DNA of 64,000 bases from Gnetum montanum. Taxonomy: Eukaryota; Plantae; Gnetophyta. Where the stretch lies: assembly GCA_015680685.1 (NCBI GenBank), contig MNCI01000459.1, positions 62,001-126,000 on the forward strand, given 5' to 3'. Position numbers and translations under genes: made by a program. Below, in pieces: positions 25,806 to 40,600 of the stretch; within the stretch, counting starts at the first letter, position 1, and each line of letters starts with the position of its first letter. The notes under the pieces are model-generated. The model did no database searches. It saw only the letters and a list, made by a program, of their open reading frames with translations, and was not told the origin of the DNA.

Positions 25806-27899
25806 TTGCAATCACACGGGCCAAGCATTAGTAAGGTTGTTTACCCAAGTTGAGTTATACCTTACTTGTTGCCTTAATGAGCTTGTTTTGTTTCTGTTTG
25901 ATTTTAAGGTTAGGATTTTTTTTATGGAAATGTCCCCAAAATATTTGTATATTTGGTCCACTTGCTTAGGTGATTTCAAAGTTTAATTCCTTTTATAGCT
26001 AAGGAGATGTAATTGTTTTTGGCACATGTTTATTATTTTTGACTAATTACCCTTAATAGTGTCCTTTGGGTGATGATGAATTTCAAAAAATTTATATGCA
26101 ATTCGGCATGTACCCCTCCCCCACAACTAAGTTGAACACTCTGGGTTCAAGTAGGTTCAAATGGAATGAGAATTAGAGCACCAGTGAGTGAGCTATGATG
26201 ATCGAAGAAAGAAATGTGCAATCGCAAGTCGTAAAAGAAAATTTAAAAAACTTCCCACACGTGAATAATTGCAAATGATGTTGATAGGCACACGAGGCCC
26301 ATGTATATATATAATTTAAGGACATGATATCACTCGCATACCCACTAGTGGGGACCTGATATCATGTCAGACTTGATATCGAGGACTTGATATCACGTTG
26401 GACTTGATATCAAGGACCTGATATCACATCCCATCGAAAATGGGGCACTTGTAAAATTTACTGAATTTTAATTAGAATTTTTAAATTTTTAATTTTTTTT
26501 GAAACTCCAAGGTATAAACTGAGGACATGTAGATCAATGTAAAGGGGTCGAGGGTAATGAAAACTAATCCTGAAGGCACAAAGAGTATAATGGTGTGAAA
26601 TCTGTTAATGAGAATCATGCAGAGTAGGCAAAAAAGGACATGTGTTTACTCATAGGAACATTGGAACTTTAAAGGATGATAAGGGGAAGAAGAATGTTGG
26701 TAATGCTTAGAGGATATAAGATGATGTGCAGAAGATGTGTTATGAGTGCAAATTACAAGGGTTATGCAAGTGGGTCCTCCCCAAAGCAGGTTTCAACCTA
26801 TAATGCCCTTACGTAACCACACCTTAAAATGTCCATAGGCATGAGAAGGGTTTAATGTATTCCACACCCATTTCACAAAACACACACATGTAGGTATCAC
26901 CACGAAGAGATGAATTCCATGCTACCTAAGTCACAATTATACAAACAACAAGGGGAGTGAATTGTAGAAGGGACATGAGGTAACTGACTCTGGGCATAAT
27001 CAATCTTAAGTGTAGGACGTGATTAGTGTGTCATTCACCTGTTGCTCCAAAATCAAGACAAAGTCCATTCCTCTGATTAGTGACATCACATTGCTTCATC
27101 CAATGATGGACAACCGTAAGTGCACCATGAGAGTAAAGCATATGATCACTTGGAATTTTGTACAAGGAAGGAGTGATTTTACTTTGTGGCACTCTTCTCT
27201 TTTTTTTGATCAAGTATGCTTATGCTAGAGAAGCTGCCAACCTTCAAGCATGAGTGCATGTCTTTCCAGTGGGACCTCCTAGAATAGCATTATTATTATT
27301 TTCCAAGTTGAGTGCCTTTGGATTACTCTTACTCCCATTTTTCATTAGATCTACAAGGATCTTAGCATAACCAAGCTACATGGTAACTCCCATAGATGTC
27401 ACCAAAGAGAATCCACAAGTCCCCTTGATGTCACACCCTAGCCATTCCTTCTTAGTCCATCATTCTTCACTTTGGGCATGATAAAACAAGGTTACTTTAA
27501 GTTTTAATGATTAAGAATATTATTGTACTCAGAGTAGAATCCCTTAGTAATAGGATGATTGGATGGATGTTGTGGGCTTACTGTTCAAATATTTAGTCAT
27601 CTGAGACTTGATAACATAAAACAACACCTCAACCAGTGGTTCACATGAGTGTTTTATTCCTAGATGAGATTACTCATAAAAAGCCAAAGAGACAAAAAGA
27701 CAAAATAATAAATTGAAAAGTGAAAAACTAGAAAAAAAATTGTAAAATTAAAGAAAATGAAAAATATGTATTCATCTTGCTTGTTATTAGAATGGGGGGT
27801 ATCCCTCATAACTAAATAGTTGAGCATGACTAGGATTAATAAATGAAATTTTGGGATCCTTGCATGTTGAAAATATTGGGACTTGGTCATACTTACGTC

Positions 27900-29490
27900 A
27901 TTGGGGTTCACACACTTGATTAGAGCTGACATAGTGGGGAAAGTTATAAGATGTGGTTAATTTATAAGGAGTTGTCCCACTATGGTACTTGTGACTGTAA
28001 GATGGTATGCAAGGATCAACATGTATTTCCATGTGGCTATATTCATTGGGCCGTATGGTTGTTGGAGTATTGGTTGGTGGCCCAGAGAAAGTAACATGAG
28101 GCATTGGATTTAAGGAGGGAGCTGCACCACAACATTGGACTTTTGCTGGGTTGGAAGGTGCAGTGGGCTTGAAATTTTGCATTTCCTTTTTATGGTCATG
28201 TATAAAGAAGGGACTCCTATGATGTTGTGGACGATTCCCATTGATATTGATAGTAGTAGCATAAGTAACATTCGTGGGTTGGTGCGGTGGAGCAAAACCT
28301 TCTGGAACACTTGGTTGTGATGTAGAAGGAGGTGAAGGATGAGAATTCTGAAATCAAGGAGAAGTGTAAGGTATTCAAGGTGGTGGTTGTGTTGGAGAGG
28401 ATATGGGTTGATAGTATTGGGAAGAATGATAAGAATGTGGTGAGATAGAGGATGTTGACCCAGTTGGGGAAACAAGATGTTGGACTTGATAAGCACTTAG
28501 ATTTGGATGGTATGAAGGGTGTAACTAGATTGAGGATGGCCTCCCCCATGACTAGCATTGTTGCTACTATGATCAAACACAGTATCTCTGTACAAACATT
28601 GGATGTAACNNNNNGGTGAGTTGATTTCTCCTCTTCATAATCATGGGCCCTTATTGAATTAAGGTTTTGGGCCTATTGAGGCTTTTCAACACTCTCCCAC
28701 TTAGCCATTTCTCCTTCTTCTTTTGCAACCCATTTGATAAGCTCTTGGAATTGATGGGTTCATAGCTCATATAGTTGACCTTGGGTGTACATCCCTAGGG
28801 TCTCCCTTGTTTCATTATGGAGCCCATCAATAATGTTGTACATTAGCCTTTCCTCAAAGAACTCATGGCTTGGGCAATTTTTTAATAATGCATAATATCT
28901 TTCTAAGGCCATGTCTAAGGGTTCATGTTGTGCTTGTTTCCATTCTTGGATTTGTCTCCTCAAGGTTGACACTCTTGCATAGGTTTGATATCTTTCTTTG
29001 AAGAGCTCTACCATTGTTGGCCAACATTCGATTGATTTTGGTTTTAAAGACCTATACCATACTTTTGCATGGCCAACGAGTGTCATAGGAAAGAGCTTAA
29101 TTTTTTTCCATCCATTATCGATGTTGTTCCATGCACAAGCATCGTAGAAGGCTTGTAAATGTTGTTGCTAATCTAAATCATAGCCTCTTGAAAACTTAGG
29201 AAAGTTGTTTAAGTCAAGCCTAGGTAGACAACTTTCCTTGCGATGCCTGTGGGATATTCGAATAGCCTCTTGTATTTGCATTAGGCTCATAATGGCCAAT
29301 AGGGGTTCACTTTCACTAGTTAGATTATGCACTCATGAGTTGGGATGATGTTATCTTCATTTATGTTTATAGGAAACCCGTACATCAGATTAGGTACTCC
29401 AAACTTCATCTTCATGATCATATAATTTTTTGGTTTTCCAATGAATTTCCTTACTAGTTGTTGCATTATCGTAGTCTTGTGAGAGAGACA
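27900..29490 (-). pseudogene. gag: Athila-like gag
   Basis: KLFPMTLVGHAKVWYRSLKPKSIECW..FKERY...CPSHEF...IIDGL; Pro-rich C-terminus; N-gap at 28610-28614. Confidence 0.85.
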
Positions 29491-29608
29491 TTATGTATGA
29501 ATTTGTGTGTGACTTAATTGAAATTAATTTTCTTTCCTAAAAGATGTATTGTGAATACTTTGTTATAGCGATCTTGTATGATGTAACTAATCTAAATAAC
29601 TAGCACCA

Positions 29609-29626
29609 TCCCTGGCAATGGCGCCA
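29609..29626 (-). promoter_or_regulatory. Primer-binding site, tRNA-Asp type
   Basis: Minus strand TGGCGCCATTGCCAGGGA, close to the Athila PBS TGGCGCCGTTGCCGGGGA, 1 nt from the LTR. Confidence 0.85.
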
Positions 29627-29627
29627 A

Positions 29628-30511
29628 TGATGAGTGGCAAGGTACACCTACACTCAACTATACAAATACGAGCATTTCATGCACAATTCGGTCAAACTCC
29701 ACAGATGGGCTAGCTGTGGTATCTAGATAGTTACTCATTGATCACAATTTGTTGTCTTCCCACCTAGACTAGTGTTTGATTTGTCACATATGGTCTAGTC
29801 TAGAGTGAGATGTGTGATGTGTTCCTACACTAATGCTACTGCTGGAGGCGATGGAAAACAATCTTAGCTAAGCTAGGAGGAAAAGGGAGAGAGAGTTATG
29901 CTAAGAGGAAATAGGAAGAGAGAATCTAAGCTAGCCTAAGTGCAATGAGCATCTGTTCCTTAATCATCCATACACATCTTGGAACTCGTGCATGACTACT
30001 ACTAAGATTACCAAGGGTAGATCCTAGGTACGGTACTGTGCTACCAAGTAGTCACACTTAAATGCTAGTGATTAAGTCGTATTCATTCTGCATTTAAGGA
30101 GTTTAGGGTGAAGAGATATTAATTATGAAATGAATAAATAACAATAACAATTAAATAATTAAACTAAGTGAATGCTACAATGATGAAGTAATCCTTATCT
30201 TTATTTCCAGTCATGTGTGTGTCCAAGTACGTCACACTCGAATAAAGGATGCCTTACAATTACAATCATCACACTACGGGCATGCACTAAGAGAAAGGGT
30301 TGAGAGGAAAATTGACAAAAATATCCTACACTAAAATGACTCACTAAAACTGACCAAAAGAAAAAGGCCTCCTTTTTCATGTGCCTACATGTGTATTTAT
30401 AGGCCCACACAACAACCATGATATCGCACATCCGATATCGTTGTTGGGTGCGATATCGCGTATTCGATATCGTGGGTCCAATATCGCGACCAGATGAATC
30501 ATGATTCATCA
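29628..30511 (-). repeat. 5' LTR (884 bp)
   Basis: Direct repeat of 21984-22839; TATA-like tataaata on minus at about 30393-30400. Confidence 0.92.
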
Positions 30512-30810
30512 TCTAATATTTCAATTTTAACTCTTAAGGTGAATTGATTTCATTCTTGTCCTACTATTCCTTTAAGAGATTCATGAGGTTGAAATACCAA
30601 AAGGAAATTATTGAAGTAAACCATGATCTCATCATTTTTACTATATGACAAAAGGATGACATAAGAAGGAAGAAAATAAAGAACTAATTGGCCAAGATGA
30701 TAATTATCATTTCAATTTTTAAAATAATTGCTTAGTATTAGTTAATGTAAACACAACAAAAGAAACATGGAAGACCTTTCCTAAAGAGTGATTATCATCA
30801 TTATCCTAGG

Positions 30811-31648
30811 TGATGAAAGTCAATTTAGTAGGTCACATTGACACATTCGTGTTAACATAGACATAGCTTTGTCAATACATCAATGTTGATGCAAGCCTTA
30901 TAAATACCTATATAAATATATGAACCCACTACATGTATGGTACCATTTGGTCATTGCTTTACAATAATTTTTTAGTGTGTTTTCATAGCAATTAGTAATA
31001 GTAACTAAGTGCTTGTAATGTAAACCAAATAGATTGTACATAATTTTATTCAAGTGAACATGTACCTGAATATATTTTCATGGTGACAATAAAAGTAAGA
31101 TCCATTTCTTCATTCTAGCATTTAACATAGCACTTTAAGTTCCATTCTTATAATTTATACTACATTTTCTTTAATTTTATTCACATAGTTAATTAATTCA
31201 CCTTCATTATACTTAATTGAATCACATGAGTATGATTAACTTCAAGCATGAAAGTGTTCACATTTGCTAATCCCAATGTTTTACCACTTCATATACTTAA
31301 TAGTGAATACTTGGTAACTCAAAAAAGTTGATACATGTTCATGATGTGTATGACACATTGGGAATGAATGCTCTTTGCTTAGGATGTATTAGATTTACTC
31401 CTTACCTTTAGATAAAATAGTTTAGATATTTAATACTTTAATAAAAATATTTTGGTCATGTACCTCAATCACTCTTAACCACATGAATTAAGCCTACATG
31501 AGTGTGACTGGAAAGGTAATGATCAATGATCTCATGCTTAAATATTTAAGATACTTGAACTAGTCTTGGTTCATTAAATGTAACTAGATTATGTATGAAT
31601 GCTTGTGATCTATATGGTTGGATGGAGGATCTACTCTATTGCTCATCA
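30811..31648 (+). mobile_element. Solo LTR of the Athila-like group, opposite orientation
   Basis: TGATGA...TCATCA ends; right end is the reverse complement of 19024-19110; flanks CTAGG/CTAGC (4 of 5 TSD match). Confidence 0.7.
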
Positions 31649-31838
31649 CTAGCCTTATTCTAACAAAATAGGATTGGTTACATGAGTTTATTTTACCATT
31701 TACCTCTATAAAAGATCTAGATATTTGTTTATTTACAATTTCTTTATATCACCTTCAATTACTTTTTTCTACATCTTTTTTGATCTTCTTTTCAATGGAT
31801 TTTTGGATTAGTTATGTTGAAACATTTTTCAATAGGCT

Positions 31839-34800
31839 TGTAACAAAAAACTTCAATGTTGGAAAATTGAAAGGTTTCATATCATATAGTTTAACTCATA
31901 GATCCATGAGCCTCAAAAAGGATCTAAAGCACACTAGACAATCTTGCTGATTACCCAAGGATTGTAAAATTTTGTTACCAATTTCATTTAAGTGCAAGTA
32001 CAAATGTAAAAAAACTATGTAAAACAATATTCCAATGTTGAATTTAAGGATAAATAAAATGAGAGAACAATAAGGCCAAATAGGAATAGTAATAAATCAT
32101 ATATTAAATGTTCAATGTTAACAAAAACCCAGATGAGGGGGTTTGAGAGTATAGATCAAGGTCTGAAAGCCTAAGAAAATCAATGTATCTATTGTAATCT
32201 AGCATGGATAGTAGAGCATGTCCTATGTAGAACTTGAAATTTTCTTTCAACTTGATTTCCAACTCTACAAATCACCATTGTATGGAGTTTGCCAAGATGT
32301 TACTAAAATTTCCTACAAAAGCTTTGCCAAATGATTACTACCAAAATTACCCTCTGAAAGCCCTAAATATGATCTTCGATCTAGCATTTATAGTTTTTTA
32401 ATTTGTAATCCTTGCATCGATTATAGTTTTGAGCATTACGAATGGCTTCCTAGTCAAAGCATAGCACGCTAGCTAAAAGTCCAAGTCCCACATGTTAGGC
32501 TTACAGAATTCCCATAATGTGGGGTTCCATCATCCATCATGTGGATCTAAAGCCCAACTAACACATGCTAACACCATGCACTGCCCATCATGTGGAGCTA
32601 AAGCCCAAGTGTCACATGGTGGCCTAATACGCTGCTCATCATATGGGGTTGAGGTTCCCATTGTATGAGGTAGAAAAATATCAAATTTCATAGCCTATGG
32701 ATCCTCTTTAGCTTCTAGAAGTTTACATACATAGAATTTGTAGCTTGTGGAACATTCTTGATCCTTTCACAAGTTGGAGTACATGAAACTTATGACCTAT
32801 TAGTCATTTTTGACCTTCATAATTTAGGGTGCATGGGATTTGTAGCTTGAGGGCTACAAATCCCATTTCTACATTGAGAAATCTCTTGGAACTATTGATA
32901 TAGGGTTTCAATATAGGATCTTTGGGAAAAATAAGAAAATTGTATCTACCTTTATATTTTTACAAAATTACAATGGAAATCTAGGCTACATGAAATTTTC
33001 CTTAAGGTCTTTCATTAGTTCCTCTTTGTTGATGTTTTGAGGATTGATGCGAAAGACATCAAAAAACTATGCAAAACACTACTGTAGATATATTACTAAT
33101 GTTTCCACTCCACAATTGATTCTATATCTATCAAATATTTCAAAGGAGTACTCACAATGGTGAGATAAGGTCACAATGGAATTTTAAGAGTTTAGGATGA
33201 GATAAAGGTCATATTGGTTATTAGGGAAAGGTTAACAATTAATTTAGATGTTAACATCATCACTATTTAAATGGTATTGGCATGATTTTTCAATGAAGAA
33301 GTTTTCATGCTATGGAGTGATGGTTACTTGATAATCTATGGAGCAATCATCAATTTGTAACAAGGCTTCTTTGGTCATTTTGACTCTCTCTCTCTCTCTC
33401 TCTCTAAGAGAGAGAAAGAGACATTAGAGGCTACATTAGCCTCCTTTCTTTCTTAGCATATTCTTTCCTTTTCTTAGAAGCAAAACTTTCATTGGGTTTT
33501 TTTTCCAAGACTAAATGTTTCTTTCTCACTTAATAAGTTGTGTTACATTTAGTAAACTTGGTTTTTAACTCCCTACCTAATGAGATGTGCTACATTCAAT
33601 GTATTGGACTTTTCTTTCTTGCTAAATGAGATATGATACATTTAGTCAACTTGAGCATGAAGCATGCTAGAGAAAATGTCACAAGGCTATTGTGCACAAA
33701 TATCAAACATAAATTTTTAGTGTTAAGAAGGTTTAGAAGGCTATAATTTGGCTACAAGAAGTGGCTATGTATAGGGGGTGATAGAAGCAATGTGAGGTAT
33801 GCACTATTGGAAAAATTATATAAGATAACTACATCTTGTGAACTAAGGTTACATGGTAGCTCATCACCATAATGAGTCACACCTTTGCAGTGACTTTAGG
33901 CTTCATGTTTCATATAGAACTTCAAGAAAATAATAAAACAAGTTAAAGAGTACATTGTGAGTACAAGAATTTGCATAGGTCTACATGAGTCACCAAGCAA
34001 ACATAGGTCACAATTGTTTATAATCAATAGATACATGAGAGAGCTACATTTTTTTTAATAGATTTGTACAAAGTTTTTAGTCTTTCAGATGTCAAAAAGA
34101 GAGATAAGTGGTCACATAGGTTCACTTATTGTAGACTATCATTATCATCGATATTGATCATATGTTAAAATTGTAAACCGTAACAAAAGCTAAAGGAAAA
34201 TAGGTGAGTGTTAGATGTAATATGATTTGAGATGTCAATGATTAAATTGATTGATCAATTCATTTTCATCTAGGTCCATCAATTTGAATGCTCCATTTTC
34301 ACAGTCTTTGATGACCAAGAAATATCCTTCCTAGTTGGCTGAAAACTTTTCTATAGGCTTGTAAACAACCTTAAGAACAAGGTCTCCTTGAATGAATTTC
34401 TTTCTATTAGGATCCTATCAGTAGTATTGTTTCTACCTGTCTTGATATCTTTTGATGTTGGCAAGTGTGTGTATCCATTGTTGCTCCACTGAATCAAGAT
34501 CAATAATATGTAGCTCTTTATTTTGTTCATCATTGATGATGTCAAACAAAGCTACCCTTAAGAATAGAACCTATAATTCAAGAGGAAAAATAGCTTTAGA
34601 TTCATAAACTAGGCTATATGGTCTATCTTTAATTGTAATCCTAAAGGTAGTTCTATAGGCCCAAAGTATGTACAATAGTTTTTCATGTCAACTATATTCA
34701 CCCTTACCTATCATCTTTTTTAAAATGTTTATAATGATCTTATTACTAGCTTTAGCTTAACAATTGGCTTGTGGGTAATGGGGTGATGAAAAAAAATGTT

Positions 34801-36430
34801 TAATGCTTAACTATCAATAAAACTCTTACATTTCTTTACTACTAAATAAGTTCCATTATCTACGATGATGATTAATGGTAGGCCAAAATAGGATACAATG
34901 TTATCTAAGATGAATTTATAAACTTTTTATGATGTTGTGTTCCTTAGAGGGGCCTCTTCAACCAAATTGTTAAAATATTTAGTTGTAGTGATGATGTAAC
35001 TATGTAATATGGAGGATTCTAGCATTATAGTTTCAACTATGTCTATTTTCCATTGTTGAAATTACCATGTGATCTGAGTGGTATGTAGTTCAATTACTTG
35101 TATGTGTATTAGGGTACAATACCATTAATAGATATCACACAACCTAACTTTTTTGTAGGCAATAACTTTTCATATAGGCCCAATAGTATCATAAATGTCT
35201 AATCTTGAAGGCCATGGCTCTAGGTCCTATATGACCTCCACATATATCCTCATGTACTTGTTTGAGGATTATATCGGCTTCTTTTCTACCCACACATACT
35301 AGTAGTATGTCATCATATGATTTTCTACATAATGTGTTATTGACCATGATGAAGTACTATTTTGATCATTTTAATATTGCATCTTTTTAAAGCATAGTCA
35401 AGTTTTATGGAGGTTCTTCATTCATTAATAAAACTTGATATCATTGTACCACTCTTGTTGAGAGGCATTGTCAATAGTGGCTATAGAGGTAGCTTTAGTG
35501 TTTTTTTGTGATGGTGAGATCACATATCTCCATTAATGAAGGCATCTTGTTGAACATGTTGGGCATCATATTTAGGACCAAGTTTGTGATAGCATCAACT
35601 ACTATGTTTTCACCAAGAGAAATATGTTGAATACCAATGCCAATGAATTGTGATATAATTGTTTTAGCTAGGTCACAATATAGTTAGATATGCTTAGCCT
35701 TGTATGTGTAAACCTCAGTTACTTGGTTGATCACTAGTTATGAGTCACCTTTTATCATTAAGCATCTAATCCCATAGTGATGAGGTATCATCAACCCTTT
35801 GATTAATCCTTCATACTCTACTATATAATTAGCGCATGAAAATTGGAAGTAATAGGAAATATTTTTGGATATCACTAGAGGATAGTGTCATGACAATGAT
35901 AACACTAGCTTCTTGAGTAGTTGAAGCATTGTTGAAATGTATTATTGCCTCACATCCATCAAGTACTTCATTGATAATATTAACATGCTCATCAGGGAAC
36001 TGAAGATCAATGTTTGCTTCATCCTCAATCATGGAAGTCATTAGTTATGTAGCTATAGCTTGACCCCTTGTTGAGGCTTGTGAGATGTAATGTAGGTCAA
36101 ACTTAGATATTATGGCCTTCCATCAAGCTATACGGCTACTCTCATAGATACTGGTCATTATGGATCTCAGTAGATTATCTTTACATATAACATTAACTTG
36201 GCTCCTAAAAGGGTAGTATCTTCACTTTTTTAAAGGAGAATACAATGGCTAGATAGTAATTTTCAACCTCTATGTTTTAAGTCTCATAGCCTATCAATGC
36301 ATAATTTAGATAATAAATAGGTAGTTCTACTTGATCATCTCATTTTTGATAGATTACTAAGGCTATAGACATGTTAGAGATTGCAAGCTAAATGTAAAAT
36401 GATTTATCTTTCTAAGTGTTGGCAACTATT
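31839..36430 (-). mobile_element. 5'-truncated old Tat element (3' LTR about 31839-33014, PPT, 3' region, RH-aRH-INT 34210-36420)
   Basis: PPT region ttcctctttgttgatg homologous to 50021-50045; integrase tail QGDLVLKVVYKPIEKFSAN*EGYFLV homologous to 51651-51839; aRH-like IIHFNNAS at about 35930. Confidence 0.75.
33384..33405. repeat. (CT)n microsatellite
   Basis: Directly visible. Confidence 0.95.
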
Positions 36431-37989
36431 TGTGACTACCAACATTTACTTCGATCTCGTTGGTAGGACTATGGGAAATGAAGATGTTTATTCAAACTTG
36501 AGTTTCTGTGTTTACTAGTCTCTAGAAATACGAAGGCCTAGATACCTCCAAATAAAATTAGTGGTAATAGAGAAAACTAAGTGTAAATGTGTTTTTAAAG
36601 TTAAAAATGTTAAATTGATTATGGTTTTTATCAAACTATAAATAGATATTACATTAGAAATTCAATTAACTTTGTCAAATACTTTACATCATTCAAGGAT
36701 TATATGCTAGAAGCACATATATGAGGGTAAATCTCACCTTCCCCAAACATGGAAAGGTGGCAGTTTTAAAAACTTTCCTCCTTTAACATGGAGATGACAT
36801 GCACAACTTGGAAACCTTCCCCCCTTAGCATGGAAGTTCCAGCCCCTCCCCAATAATATGGAGTCTTCATCCCCAACATTGAAAATTGCATCCCCCAATT
36901 TAAAAGTCACAAAAGCCAAAATTCATTACTTTGTTCACTTCAACATTGATTACCCACTTTAGCAAGGATGGTGGAGAGCTTAGTGTGGAAGATTCATCTC
37001 CAATGTAGAAGGTGTTTGTTGGTTCCTATTTATAGTAAAAAAAATGGTCATGGGGGAAGCAGTTACTATGTATAGTAACCCCCTTAATTTGGGCATCCAT
37101 CTCACCTGAATTTGGAAACCTAGTTGTAGACATTTTACAACCAATTTGTAGCAAGTTTATATCCCTGTTCATAACCCAAAGAACCTATAAAAGTCATCCC
37201 CAAAGACCATTTACAGGTTGAGCACTTTACATGGTTAAGAAATTTTAGACAATTTAGCAAGTATTAGGATATGCACACATTTGTAGATAAAATTATTCAT
37301 AATTCCACACTTGGGACATTCACAGGTACTCAAGATCTGTTGTAAGTTCCCATACTTGCATTCTATTGAATCCTAGAATGGAAGCATTATAGCCTTAAGA
37401 ATTGTGAACTTTTGGTGTCAAAGCTACATTTCTATGGCTCCCAATTCCAAGTGTCAAGCAACATGAAAGCCAAATTCCTCACTTTTCTCACCCCTCTAGT
37501 AGTGACCCAATTTGTAGATCCGAGGTTGCAGTGGAGGAGGTTCAATAGCATCAAAAGTGTCTTAGCATCTAGATCATGAAGTAGATCAAATTAGCTCCAA
37601 CAAGCTTTGAACTCATGCATAAGTGAACCTTCTTTCTACTTATCCAAGCACAATTTGTACAAATTTCTCTAACTTACACTTTAGTCTTTCTCAATAAAGT
37701 TTTAAATTTTGGGTTCTATGTACAAAATATATTTGACTATTATCTATGCATTACTTAAATCTACTATCAGTTTTGCATTATTTTTCATTTATTACTATGC
37801 TTTTCATTTTCATAAGTCCTTAGTTAATCTACTAGACTAGCCAGGATGCCCCCATTTTTCCTATGGAGGCCCTAAGGATTTATGGGTTGAGGAACTACTA
37901 CACTAAGGATTCTTTATTTTTCTAATGATTAAGGGTTTTAGTTGCAAGATAAGACATGGTATTAAGCTTAGAGGATCAAAAAGAATAAG

Positions 37990-40580
37990 ATGAGTTCAAG
38001 GCTAAACCCTAGTTGGACAACTTCCTTGGAGGCCTCTTTCAACAATTGGCTCCCCAAGTCATTGCACCTACTTCAATATGTCCTACTAATTTCATAGGAT
38101 AAGTCCCTCAACACTCTTATCCCATGTACCCTACCATGTTTGGAATGACATTCATCATAGTGGCCCACCAGGGATAAATGCTCTCCTAATCAATTTCTTT
38201 CTGCTTCTTTATGCCTTTTGGCACATATCCTCATTCTACAAGGTCATCATTGATGGTTTTGACCACTACTCATCAATCCTTCTTGCTAGTGGATCCCACA
38301 ATGGGACCCCAAGTGATCTAAGGGTCACATACACTATTTTTTCCTTTCATTCCATAGGTTCTTGAACAAACCTTCTTTTCATTATTGATCCCACTACAAC
38401 AATGATTACATAGCCTTTCCCCTCTATGACCCAACTCATCACCAGGCCATAGGCCTCTCAACTCATACTACAACACTACATGCAAATGCCACAACTCATA
38501 GGAATGTCTCAAGGCTTGGATTAGGGATTTTAAATGATCTAGGACCTTATGAAAGAGTTATAGAAGCTTAGAGCTTTGATTACTTAAGAAATCAAGATCA
38601 TGGACTTCTATCAGGAAGATCTTACTAGTCTTTTTGTCCTTCAAATAACTCTTCCCTTAAGCATTCCCATATTCTAATTTACCAAGTATAAGAGTGAGGA
38701 TGACCCAAAAACTTACCTTCTCACCTTAAATTTTTAATCTTGGTTGTTACAAGCCTAGTTGCATACCATAATAAGGATCTTCCCTATGTCCATAACTAGG
38801 AAAGCCTTAGACTAGTACTGCATTACCAAGAGGGTTAGTCACGTCACTAGAGCACTTAATATCATAGTCCATTAACCATTCCAAGTATAAATTAAAACCT
38901 AATATGACTCTTAACAAACTAATGAAGGTCAAGTAAGGATCCCTTGAACTTGTGCAAAAGTTTATACAATAGTGGAATGCTATGCTCAATGAGATTCCTA
39001 AATCCATAGTTGAGACACATCTTTTCACCATATTTAATTTTAAGAGGATCATTAATGACTTCATTAAGTAAAAACCTTGTCACATAGACTTGTGGATACT
39101 TAGTCAAGCCTTCTCTTAGATTAAGAACATAGGATATGATGTTGAGGCTAGCCATAACCCCACCTATGTGGTGCATAAAAAGAAACACACTCATAAGGAC
39201 AAGGAGAATGGAAGGCAAAACATTATAGTCATGGACACTATGGCCAAAGAAAGCAAAACTACATAGGGACTAAAAATGAACCAACCAAAAGCTTCTACAA
39301 GCAACCACAAATCATCAACATACAAGGACTCTACATCAAGTAGCATAACGCCTAAGTTTAAAAGAAAATATTGGTCAAAGTACACTAGGTTACCACTAAA
39401 ACTATTTGAGCATCATGACTAGTTGCTAACAAGTGGAAGCATCCAATACAAGAAGATGATAGAAAATGCCTATAAGAGGCATGATTGACTATGCAAGATC
39501 ACAAAAATTTCCACTTTAGCAAGAAAGGATGACCCACCTATACCTAAGTACTTTAAACTTGATTGATTCTTCCACTATCATCAACTACCAAGTCATGATA
39601 CGAACTTATGCCTAGTCCTCAAGGATGACCTAAATAAGATGATAGAAAATGGTGAGTTTGTGTTTGATGCTTATAATATTATTAGGAAAAAGAACCAATT
39701 AATGTAGATATATAAGGGCCTATTAAATGCTAGTAATAGTCCATACATCATAGTGACATTCATCATAAGCAACAACTCAAGACCTATAGAAGAGCCATTC
39801 ATGATTCAGGTATCTCCTCAAAAAAAGAGGCCCTTCAACTTTGTCAATTTTAAGGTTCCATTTTATTGTAAGGATATCATAACCTATGCCTCCAAAGGAG
39901 TCTTTTGTAATTAGGATGCCCTCTTCCACTACAACCAAAACCACAACTATAATTGAAAAATATCCTCCTGTGGTGGCTAATGAAACCACTTCTTCATAGC
40001 CCAATAACAATAAGAAATTACCAAGTAAACAATGAAAGAAGTCTACAATAAACCCTAAAAACAAAGTTAAAAATCAAGCTAGGGCATGTAAGTAGGTAGG
40101 CTCATTGAAATACACTCATATTTCATCCATCCCCATGAGCTCTAACACTCAGGCTGCTTTAATCAATCAACTAAGGAAGGACCCCAAGCCATAAAGAAAG
40201 GGGAAAGAGGCCAAAACACAACTACTTAAACATGAAGTTCACATTCTAAGATGAAATGAAGGAATTTAGATTCAACAAGAATGAAAAACCAATAGCCAAT
40301 GACAAGGACTTCATCAATGCAATGGAACAAGTTAAGTAGTCTTTGACACAAAAGAGTACATTCCTTAGCATATATGACCTGGTAATGGCATCTCCTACTC
40401 ACTATGAAGCAATAGTGAAAATGCTAACTTCCATTCCTTTTTGTGAGGACATTTCTACTAGTGAAGAGTCCATCCACAAGGTGATGGTACCATGTTTACC
40501 AAGAAAAGAAATGAACTCAACCACACTAGTATTGCATGACAATGAGGTTGTAATGTTCCATCCCTTGTTAAGTAATTAAC
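37990..40580 (+). mobile_element. gag: Decayed Tat gag on plus strand; LTR/UTR-like fragments upstream (36431-37900) unresolved
   Basis: FTKYKSEDDPKTYLLT...IFPMSITRKALD*YCALP and knuckle FHYHQLPSHDTNLCLVLKDD homologous to 60203-61400. Confidence 0.75.
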
Positions 40581-40600
40581 CTTGAATTGAAAGGGTATCC

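Larger units (their letters stand above)
21984..30511 (-). mobile_element. Complete non-autonomous Athila-like Ty3/gypsy LTR retrotransposon (gag plus ORF2, no pol)
   Basis: LTRs 21984-22839 and 29628-30511 (TG...CA), 5-bp TSD TCTAA at 21979-21983 and 30512-30516, PBS and PPT present. Confidence 0.93.
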
